Part shown: positions 19,276-27,185 of the stretch, piece after piece
How the letters are laid out: each line of letters opens with the position of its first letter
Position numbering within the stretch: the stretch's first letter is position 1
Origin: Candidatus Iainarchaeum sp.
GTDB lineage: Archaea; Iainarchaeota; Iainarchaeia; Iainarchaeales; DTGL01
Direction of reading: 5' to 3'
Length of the DNA stretch: 64,000 nt
Assembly (NCBI GenBank): GCA_038736825.1
Contig: JAVYME010000001.1
Location: forward strand, 76,933 to 140,932
Notes under the pieces: model-generated
What the model was told of the DNA's origin: nothing
The model's input: only the letters and a program-made list of their open reading frames with translations
Databases searched by the model: none
Made by a program: the position numbers and the translations under genes

Positions 19276-22200
19276 CTCTCCTTGTAAAGCCTTGCCAAAA
19301 CCATTTCAATTACTTTTTCACTATAGCCCTCGTTTCTAAGCCCTCTTGCCACCTCTTCTCTTGAAAACTCTCCGATTCTTCCGCAAAGTCTTGTTGTGAG
19401 CACTATGGCTTGAACTTTTTCAGGCGCTTTCTTGAAATCCTTTGAGGGAAAAACTGTTTTCCAAAAGCCTGTTTTAATCCAAAAACCGCTTTTTAATAGA
19501 GAATCAATGCATTTCAGTCCTTTGCTTAAAAGCCTTATTTGTTCGCCGAGCTCGCTTTCAGAAATATGCCTTTTGAAAAACTCAAACTTGTATTTTTTCT
19601 CCAGTCCAGTCAAGCGCTCTTTTTCCCTAAGCAAGAAAGCCCTTTCAGAAAAAACATTTCTTAAAAGCAATGCAAGGAAAACCAGGATTACAATGCAAGC
19701 AAAACCGAAAGCCAGCAAAGCAAGGCTTAAGCCTTGCTCAATGGTTGCAATAACTGTTCCTTCTCCAGAAAAATCTTCTTTTAAAACAAGCTTGAGTGAA
19801 TGCGTTCCAGCCAGCAAGGGCGAACTCAAAACCCCCTTGTGCAATTTTTCTTTTTCGTCAAACTTGAGTGAAACAGGCTGCAGGTTGCCGTCAACCAGCA
19901 AATCGCTGTTCAATGCAATGTTGGCAAACAAGTGGTTGTTGGGCTGGAAAAACCTAACACTTATCTCGCTTATTTTGCCATTCCAGGGCTTGTTCAAGCC
20001 AGCGCTGGGTTGAACAAAAACCATTTGCAGGTTGTTTGAAAGTGAAATTGTTAAAAACTCTAAATCCATCAATTCTTTGCCGTCAAGAGTGGCGTGTGCT
20101 TCAAGCCGGCAGCTCACGCTTTTTTTGCCAGAATCCTGCAATGGCAAAAGGATTTTCGCAGAATATTGCTGGCTTTCTTTATCAAAATCCATTTCCTCCA
20201 AAAAATCCAGTTCAGGGCATTCCACAATGATTTTTTTGTTTTTAACCTTGTAATTGTCTGAAAGAATTTTTGCCTTCAAGTTAACTGTTTGCCCGAAAGC
20301 ATACTCGCGCTCACTGTTCACTGGCTCCAATATTGAAATAACCAGTGCCGAGTTTTTTGCAAGCGGAACCGCTTGCACTTCATCAACCTTGTTGCCTGCA
20401 GCATCCCTGCCCTTCAATTTCAACTTTAAACCATGCAAAAAATCGGTTTCATTCACAGTATGGTCAAAATAAAGCGTGTAATCAAACTCGTTTTTTTCAA
20501 TTCTCACTTCTTCCTCTTTTTTGCCTGAAACAAGCACTGCCCTTAACTCGCTTGGAAAAACCACGATTATGCCGTTCAACAAAAACATTACTTTGGCTTT
20601 TTCAAGGGAATCAAGCAAAAAATATTTTTTGCCCTTGAAGACATTGGTTGCCTTGAAAAAAGAAGGCTCAAAAAACACTGGCGCTTTTGCATGGAACTCG
20701 CGCTTTTCCCCCTTAACCTCACTCAAAGCATGAATTTCCAAGAATTCAGTTTCAGAAAGCGAACTCCAAGGCTTAAAAATTCCCTCAAAAATTGTTCCAG
20801 AACAATGCATTTCAACCAGCGAGCCAGCAAGCAAAACCCTGAGCGAAATTCCTTGACAAGCAATCCTTTCATCGGCTTCATCCAAAAACTCCAAGCGCAC
20901 ATTCAAATCCCTTTGCTTTGAATTTGTCTGCACATGGGTTGGCTCCAAAACTCTTGCCTTAAACTTGGACTTTAAAACCTTAACCTTAACCTCTGCGCCT
21001 GCAGTCTGCCCTTTGGAATCACTAACGCGAACCTTCACCAAAAACTCTCGCTCTTTCTCCAAACCCAAAAAATAAGCGTGAAATGCCTCTCTCTGGCTTG
21101 CATTAGAGTCATCACCGAAATCCCAGAAAAATTCAAGCGACTCTTCATTCAAAGCATTAGTGATTGCAGTGAAATAAAAATATTGTCCTTCAAATTGCTG
21201 CCTGCTTTCAGGGTCAACCAGTACTGTCAAAACCTGCAATGGCTCGTCCTTTAAAGAAGTTTTAAAGGACAAAACAGGGCTTTCCCTTGAAAGGCTTTGC
21301 GTTGAAGAAACTGCCTTGAAAAAATAGTTTGTTTCCGGTTTCAATCCAAGCAAGTGGATTTTGTGGTGAATTGTTTTAGTGCCGTCAAAAACCCTTGAAC
21401 CCAAAGCACTGGTTTCACCGAACTCCACTGCAGAATCGGATTGCACTAAAGTGTTCCAGTAAACCTTTGCATGAGTGGCAAAAGCAAAAACCTGAACATT
21501 TTTTGGATCAATATCCTGCAATCCTGCTTTCAAAATGCAGCGGTTTTCTTGACTGCAATAAAAGCCTTCCTCGCACTTTGCAGTGCAATCAATTTTTTGC
21601 CCGCAATTATTGCTTTTAGAACCACACTCGCTCTCGGAACACGAAAGGGCTTTGCAGCATTTTCCATTAATGCAATTCCAGCCAGCACTGCAAGAGCACT
21701 GAATTGTGCCACCGCAATCATTTGAAAAAGAACCGCATTGTCCTGCAAAATCCCTTGAACACGACTTGCAGGATTGCAAGCATTTCCCGTTCAAGCAACC
21801 CCCCGAACAAAACTCGCTTTCAATCCTCGAGCAATCCGCATTAGAGTAAACCCTTGTAGAACCAGAACAAAACCATCCTTGAACACAAGGTTGAAGCAAA
21901 CCACTAGAAGCAGCACTAGAACCCTGTGGTTTGCACTCAGGACACAAAGAACTGCCATCACCTGATTGTGATAAATTTTGTCCTGGCATTTGATAAACAG
22001 CTGCAGGAGAGCCCTTAGCTTTTGATTGCAAATAATCATCATATGGGTCGCCCCCCTTAGACAAATCCTCATAAGAACCACCGGCAGGTGCCGCTCCATC
22101 ATCTTGTCCTAGCTCATTTACTCCTCCTGTAGCTCCTGTTTGACTCAAGCCATCATCATTTTGGACAAAAGTTGGAGTGGAAGCGCCATCAGCAGCCCCG

Positions 22201-22451
22201 CTAGGCAAACTTGGGCCAGGCGAGTTGTTAGTTGGGGGATTGAGTGCGTCGTCTGAAACAGGGCAATCTGGACAGTAGTATGCGCCTGTGCCTTCGGTTA
22301 CAGCAAAATATGCTGTTTTTTCTTTAGGCAAGGCTAATGAAAAGAAACCGGTTTTTTCGCTTAAAATGGTTTCATAAAACAGCCAGGTTATGGCTAGCAC
22401 TAAAACTATTGCCAACAAAAAGGCAGGCTTTTTTGAAAAAACTGAAGGCAT
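19272..22451 (-). CDS. giant type-I membrane surface protein: acidic G/D/S/P-rich region, Cys-rich EGF/laminin-like module, FN3/PKD-like repeats, TM and ~150-aa cytoplasmic tail
   Basis: 1059 aa with signal anchor and a run of CxxxxC repeats (CSGGCLNGKCLQSCKSC...CGQKIDCTAKCEEGFYC). WDFGDDSNA PKD-like and PETNYFFKAVS FN3-like motifs. C-terminal TM followed by LEKKYKFEFFKRHISESELGEQIRLL. Confidence 0.75.
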   Translation of the reverse strand: MPSVFSKKPAFLLAIVLVLAITWLFYETILSEKTGFFSLALPKEKTAYFAVTEGTGAYYCPDCPVSDDALNPPTNNSPGPSLPSGAADGASTPTFVQNDDGLSQTGATGGVNELGQDDGAAPAGGSYEDLSKGGDPYDDYLQSKAKGSPAAVYQMPGQNLSQSGDGSSLCPECKPQGSSAASSGLLQPCVQGWFCSGSTRVYSNADCSRIESEFCSGGCLNGKCLQSCKSCSRDFAGQCGSFSNDCGGTIQCSCSAGWNCINGKCCKALSCSESECGSKSNNCGQKIDCTAKCEEGFYCSQENRCILKAGLQDIDPKNVQVFAFATHAKVYWNTLVQSDSAVEFGETSALGSRVFDGTKTIHHKIHLLGLKPETNYFFKAVSSTQSLSRESPVLSFKTSLKDEPLQVLTVLVDPESRQQFEGQYFYFTAITNALNEESLEFFWDFGDDSNASQREAFHAYFLGLEKEREFLVKVRVSDSKGQTAGAEVKVKVLKSKFKARVLEPTHVQTNSKQRDLNVRLEFLDEADERIACQGISLRVLLAGSLVEMHCSGTIFEGIFKPWSSLSETEFLEIHALSEVKGEKREFHAKAPVFFEPSFFKATNVFKGKKYFLLDSLEKAKVMFLLNGIIVVFPSELRAVLVSGKKEEEVRIEKNEFDYTLYFDHTVNETDFLHGLKLKLKGRDAAGNKVDEVQAVPLAKNSALVISILEPVNSEREYAFGQTVNLKAKILSDNYKVKNKKIIVECPELDFLEEMDFDKESQQYSAKILLPLQDSGKKSVSCRLEAHATLDGKELMDLEFLTISLSNNLQMVFVQPSAGLNKPWNGKISEISVRFFQPNNHLFANIALNSDLLVDGNLQPVSLKFDEKEKLHKGVLSSPLLAGTHSLKLVLKEDFSGEGTVIATIEQGLSLALLAFGFACIVILVFLALLLRNVFSERAFLLREKERLTGLEKKYKFEFFKRHISESELGEQIRLLSKGLKCIDSLLKSGFWIKTGFWKTVFPSKDFKKAPEKVQAIVLTTRLCGRIGEFSREEVARGLRNEGYSEKVIEMVLARLYKER

Positions 22452-22654
22452 ACTATACTTAAGGTTTCTTTTTTATTAATCTTTTCCTTGCTCTTTCAGA
22501 AAGGTTTGAGAAAGCAAAACCATTAAAACACAAAAAAACAGCAAAACAATAAAAAGTTATGGCCAGGCAGTGCAATTAAAAACATTTTTAAAAACATACA
22601 ACATAACTATTTTTAATTAAATAATGAAATTTTTTGGCGTGGAGGGGTTTGAGA

Positions 22655-23926
22655 ATGCTTTTCGGTTTTCCTTTGAAATTCTTTGACCAAAAATTTAAAC
22701 CAGTTGCTTTTTTATCGGTTTTGGCTTTACTGGTTTTTTTTGCCTCGAATTCTTTTGCTCAACAAAGAGTGGAACTGGCAAATCCAGTGTGCTTTTATGA
22801 TGTCAATCAAATGCACGAATACTTTACTGACTTGCAGGGCAATAAAATTCCAAACCTGGACTTTATAAGGCTTTTTAGCGCTATTGAAGCAAAACCCCAA
22901 AACGACCCTTCAATAAAGGACGAAATAAAGCGCGCGCTCAGGGGACAATTTTATACTGGTTATTTGCAGCTCGCTTACACTATTGAAGGCGGAAAAAAGA
23001 ACCCTTTCAAGGGAGGCAATTATGCTAAATGCGATTTAGGTTGCTTTCCACAATTTACTTATTTTGGGAGAACCTATTACAACAAGTGCATTACAAGGAT
23101 TTGCACTGAGGGCAGAATGGTTGGCACTCCTCGTTTTTGTGATCCAAAAATCGGACCCGATATTTACATTCACTACCTGACTTTTTGGTGCGAAGATGTT
23201 CCACAGGCAACAATGATTTGCGGGCCGTCAGCTCATTGCGAGCAAAGAGCGGATGGCACTTTTTTGTGTGAATACAATAGCGCAACTTCTTCAAACCAAA
23301 GCAATGGCGTGGAATATGTTTTGGTTGCTCCAGCGGATTCAAGCTCTCAAATAATGGTTGCAGCATACCAGAACGGAAAGCTCATTGCAAGCAAGCCGAT
23401 TGGCACAACAGGCCCTGTTCATGCAAGCCAGGCTTATGCTTTTGCGCAAAGCACTGGATTGGCTTCGGTTGTGGCTTCAGCACTCCAGCAAAAAACAACA
23501 ACCACTGCTTCCAGTAAGCCTAGCACAACCTATTCTGCATCATACAATGGCAGCACAAACTATTCTTCAACTCCAATAAGAATGCAGGTTGTTGCTAGTG
23601 CCACAAAAGGCCTTTCAGCCTATAGAGCGCCAACTGCAACCTACAAAACATATTCAACCACAAGCACAGCCAGCACTGCAACATACGCTTACAGCACAAG
23701 CCAAACCAAAAGCACTTCTGCAAGCAGTTATTCTTCAAGCACAACTTATTCGCCAACAAAAACCACTTATAGCAATACGGTTTCACCTTATTCAACTTCA
23801 AATTACAGGATTCAAGCAACAACTTATAATCCGACAAGGACAGCATACTCTACAAACGCTTACACAAGCACTTACAGCACCACAACACAGGCTACGGCGA
23901 GTGTTTCAAAATACAGGCAAACCTGA
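22655..23926 (+). CDS. secreted protein with Cys-containing N-terminal domain and ~170-aa Ser/Thr/Tyr-rich low-complexity C-terminal region
   Basis: Signal peptide MLFGFPLKFFDQKFKPVAFLSVLALLVFFASNSFAQQ (the track begins at a TTG at 22634). The C-terminus is dominated by S, T, Y and A (TYSTTSTASTATYAYSTSQTKSTSASSYSSSTTYSPTKTTYS...). Confidence 0.6.
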   Translation: MLFGFPLKFFDQKFKPVAFLSVLALLVFFASNSFAQQRVELANPVCFYDVNQMHEYFTDLQGNKIPNLDFIRLFSAIEAKPQNDPSIKDEIKRALRGQFYTGYLQLAYTIEGGKKNPFKGGNYAKCDLGCFPQFTYFGRTYYNKCITRICTEGRMVGTPRFCDPKIGPDIYIHYLTFWCEDVPQATMICGPSAHCEQRADGTFLCEYNSATSSNQSNGVEYVLVAPADSSSQIMVAAYQNGKLIASKPIGTTGPVHASQAYAFAQSTGLASVVASALQQKTTTTASSKPSTTYSASYNGSTNYSSTPIRMQVVASATKGLSAYRAPTATYKTYSTTSTASTATYAYSTSQTKSTSASSYSSSTTYSPTKTTYSNTVSPYSTSNYRIQATTYNPTRTAYSTNAYTSTYSTTTQATASVSKYRQT

Positions 23927-23953
23927 AACCGCATGTATTTTTTCTTTTGACAA

Positions 23954-25285
23954 TCAGGTCGTTTCCAGAAGCCATTTCCATAAAGGCATAAACCTTATTT
24001 TTTTACCCTTGTATTCTTCAATTCCTTCAAAATCAGCGTTAACCACCAGCAAATTGTTACACTTGAGCTCTGTGCTTGCTTTGAGCAGTCCTTCAAGTTC
24101 TCGTTTTTTGGTTTCAAAATCACTCAAATCATAGCAAACCTGAATTAACTGGAGCACCTTTGGACCTTCCTTTAAAACAAAATCAACCTCTTTGCCTGAA
24201 GAGTCCTTCCAGTAATAGATTTCTGCAGGGGCTTCCAAATAAGACTTTCTCCTAAGCAATTCAATTGCAACCGCATTTTCAACAAGCTTGCCATAATTTT
24301 GGCTTAATTTGAAAGAAACCGCGTTTACAAGGCCAGTGTCAATACAATAGATCTTTTTAGGGGCTTTGATTTGCTCTTTCAACTTGGGTGAAAATCTTTC
24401 AAGTTTGAAAAACAAATAGGAGTTTTCCAAATAAGCAATCCAATTGGACACCGTGTGAGTGCTCTTTAAGCCCAAAATGTTTTTCAGCCGGTTGTAAGTT
24501 AATTCAGAAGAGGTATTGGAAATCAAATACCTTGAAAGCTCTTTAAGTTTCGAAACATATTTTATTTTATACCTTTGAATTACGTCCTTTTCAATGATGT
24601 CACTATAAGTTTCTATAAGAAACAGTCTGCCCAGCTTAAAAGCCAGGGGAAACCCGCCTTCACGCAAATATCTTTCCAAAAAATTCTTTAATTTTGCAAC
24701 AGACTTTGTGGAATACTGGTCTTTTTTATCAAACTCAACCCCAGCATAATCCAAAAACTCTCTGAAGCTGAACGGAAAAAGAACAAAATCAATATGCCTG
24801 CCGGTTAAAAAAGTGGAAAGCTCTTTACTCATCAATCGCGCATTGCTGCCAGTGACAATTACCTTCTTCCCAGTGCTGACTCTAGAAACAAAACGCTCCC
24901 ACCCACTAACATTCTGGATTTCGTCAAAAACAAGAAGGCTAACATCGCCTTTTAAAGAATAAACTGCCTCTATAACTGAATTCAAGTCACGAACAGCCAC
25001 GCCGAGTCGCTCATCTTCAAAATTCACATATCCTCTCCGGTCTGATTCAAAACATTGAAAAGCAAAAACAGACTTGCCACATCGCCTGACACCGGTTATT
25101 ATCACTATAACATCCGTGGAAATAAACTTTTTAACTTGGCTAAGGCATTCCCTCTCAATAATTCGCTCACTCTTGAACTTATCAAGCAAAGCCTCTTCTC
25201 TGTCCACAATTGCAGATTTAATATCCCCCAACAAAACCATAAAAAAAAAGTAACGCAAAGATTTTAAAAAACTTTGCGTTGGCAA
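23954..25285 (-). CDS. AAA+ ATPase of the COG1373/DUF4143 family
   Basis: Walker A ITGVRRCGKS and Walker B LLVFDEIQ. Overall archaeal 'ATPase + DUF4143' architecture, 443 aa. Confidence 0.8.
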   Translation of the reverse strand: MPTQSFLKSLRYFFFMVLLGDIKSAIVDREEALLDKFKSERIIERECLSQVKKFISTDVIVIITGVRRCGKSVFAFQCFESDRRGYVNFEDERLGVAVRDLNSVIEAVYSLKGDVSLLVFDEIQNVSGWERFVSRVSTGKKVIVTGSNARLMSKELSTFLTGRHIDFVLFPFSFREFLDYAGVEFDKKDQYSTKSVAKLKNFLERYLREGGFPLAFKLGRLFLIETYSDIIEKDVIQRYKIKYVSKLKELSRYLISNTSSELTYNRLKNILGLKSTHTVSNWIAYLENSYLFFKLERFSPKLKEQIKAPKKIYCIDTGLVNAVSFKLSQNYGKLVENAVAIELLRRKSYLEAPAEIYYWKDSSGKEVDFVLKEGPKVLQLIQVCYDLSDFETKKRELEGLLKASTELKCNNLLVVNADFEGIEEYKGKKIRFMPLWKWLLETT

Positions 25286-25457
25286 CGCTAACCTGTTTTA
25301 GCCTAGCAAATCCAGCATCCAATACCTTATCGTATACCAAAAACGGTTTTCGATTTAGAGAATTGATAAAAAAAGCCTGCAGGTTAAAGCCAAAGCAAAC
25401 CTGAAGCCAGCTATTGCTTTTTTCTCTTTTTCTTTTCTTTTCACTATAGTGAATTGA

Positions 25458-25895
25458 ATGGATTTTTTTTTGGGTTCAGACCATGGCGGGTATCCCTTAA
25501 AGGAAAAAGTCAAAAAATGGCTGGAAAGCGAAGGCCATTCAATAAAAGATTTTGGCTGTTTTTCAGTGGAAAGCTGTGATTATCCCGAGTTTGCTGAAAA
25601 GGTTGCAAGAGCAGTTACAAAAAATAAAGATTCAATTGGATTGCTTTTTTGCGGCACTGGAATTGGCATGAGCATTGCAGCAAACAAAATCAAGGGAATA
25701 CGGGCAGCACTCTTGCATAACGCTTTTGAGGGAAAAATGGCAAAAGAGCACAACAATGCAAACGTGCTCTGCTTTGGAGGCAGAACTGTTTCTTTCAGGA
25801 ATGCAAAAAAGGCAATCACTGCTTTTTTAAAGGCAGAATTTGTGGGCGGCAGGCATTTGCGGAGAATAGAAAAAATTGCAGCACTCGAGAGATGA
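25458..25895 (+). CDS. rpiB: ribose-5-phosphate isomerase B (RpiB/LacA family)
   Basis: LGSDHGGYPLKE...FCGTGIGMSIAANKIKGIRAAL is characteristic of RpiB. 145 aa. Confidence 0.9.
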   Translation: MDFFLGSDHGGYPLKEKVKKWLESEGHSIKDFGCFSVESCDYPEFAEKVARAVTKNKDSIGLLFCGTGIGMSIAANKIKGIRAALLHNAFEGKMAKEHNNANVLCFGGRTVSFRNAKKAITAFLKAEFVGGRHLRRIEKIAALER

Positions 25896-26317
25896 AAATG
25901 TTTGAATTGTTTGAGCACAAGGCAGACATTGGAGTGCGCGGTTATGGAAAAACGCTTGAAGAAGCCTTTCAAGAGTGCGCGAAGGCAATGTTCAGCGTAA
26001 TGTCAAACCTGAAAAAAGTCAAAGCCAGAGAAAGCATTGAATTGCGAGTTAGAGCGAGAAATGAAGAAGAATTGCTTGTTGCCTGGTTAAACGAATTATT
26101 GTTTGAAAAAGGCACAAAAGAAATGCTGTTCTCTGAATTCAAAGTGAAAATTTCAAAGGAAAAAGAAGGACTGGTTTTGAAAGGCACAGTGAAAGGCGAA
26201 AAAATGAACCACAAAAAACATGAAATGAAAACAGAAGTCAAAGGAGCAACCTATTCTGGCTTGAAAGTGATTAAAGAAAAAGAAAAGTATTTAGCGCAAT
26301 GCATTGTCGATGTATAA
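25892..26317 (+). CDS. archease (RtcB ligase activator)
   Basis: MFELFEHKADIGVRGYGKTLEEAFQECAKAMFSVM matches the archease N-terminal signature. 141 aa. Overlaps the rpiB stop. Confidence 0.85.
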   Translation: MKMFELFEHKADIGVRGYGKTLEEAFQECAKAMFSVMSNLKKVKARESIELRVRARNEEELLVAWLNELLFEKGTKEMLFSEFKVKISKEKEGLVLKGTVKGEKMNHKKHEMKTEVKGATYSGLKVIKEKEKYLAQCIVDV

Positions 26318-26379
26318 AGCAATTGCAGCAAAGCCGCGTGGTTTGACAATAATGTTTAAATAGTGGAAATGCGTAATAT

Positions 26380-27185
26380 TTGAGAATGAAAAGATTTGGT
26401 TTTTTGCCTTCAGTTTTTTACTGTCTCGCCATGTTCGGCTTGATTTTCACGCTAGTGGCAGCCCAAGAAGAAGTAAGGCAGCTTTCCATTAAAATTGAAG
26501 GCTTGCGCTATGTAAGGCATGAAACAGTAACCATTACGGCGCTTTTTGATGGGCAACCCGTTGCTGGCGTTGATGTAAATGTTTTTTTCAAAGATTTGAA
26601 CCTGAAAAAACAGACCAAAACAAAATAATATTGCAAAGAATAGAAGATTATAAGACAGACAGTCAAGGCAAGTTTTCCTTTAAATTGCATGAAGCCGGCA
26701 CTTACTTTTTATTTTTTGCCAAAAAAGAAGGAACCATTTTTTACGCAGCAAGCGAAAAAATAGATTTTTTGATAAATCCAAGACCATATTTCAGTGCAAG
26801 CAATGGCGTTTACAATCTTTGCTTTAGGGAACCAATTGGCTCAATAACAATCATTGAAGGCGAGAAAAGAACAACCCAAAGCCTTGATGAAAACAATTGC
26901 ACTCAATACTCTCCAAAAACAGAGTCCTTCACAGTTGAAACCCCTTACAGCAAAGAATTCAAAAAGATTTCAATACCAGTAAAAGTTGAAACAGAAAAAC
27001 CAACCCCTGTCCCAACACAACCCACTCCAATACAAACACAATTTGAAGAAAAAACAAAGCCGATTTCACAACCAAAAACACAAACCCAGCCAGACTTACT
27101 GTTACCTATCAGCATATTGTTAGTTGCAAGCATATGCTTGGTTGCTGCAGGAGTTTACCTCAGAAAACGGAGGATGAATTCATGA
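26380..27185 (+). pseudogene. frameshift-interrupted gene for a small surface protein (signal peptide + carboxypeptidase-regulatory/transthyretin-like beta-sandwich + Thr/Pro linker + C-terminal TM anchor)
   Basis: Two consecutive ORFs (26380..26628 in frame 1, 26631..27185 in frame 0) together encode one domain (VTITALFDGQPVAGVDVNVFF | YKTDSQGKFSFKLHEAGTYF). Frame 0 is open from 26574. A T7 run (26582-26588) and an A6 run (26605-26610) lie in the overlap. Confidence 0.5.

Noticed and set aside
25286-25457. Palindrome GCGTTGGCAACGC in the intergenic region upstream of the ATPase and rpiB genes; possible small RNA
   Set aside because: Only a single short palindrome with no tRNA-like or other RNA-family features. 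Could be a divergent-promoter operator, but the evidence is insufficient.
26602-26612. Programmed -1 ribosomal frameshift on gaaaaaac as the explanation for the split surface-protein gene
   Set aside because: It is not a canonical X_XXY_YYZ heptamer in the incoming frame (G_AAA_AAA_C puts G at the first position), and no obvious downstream pseudoknot was seen. Kept only as a low-probability alternative inside the frameshift finding.
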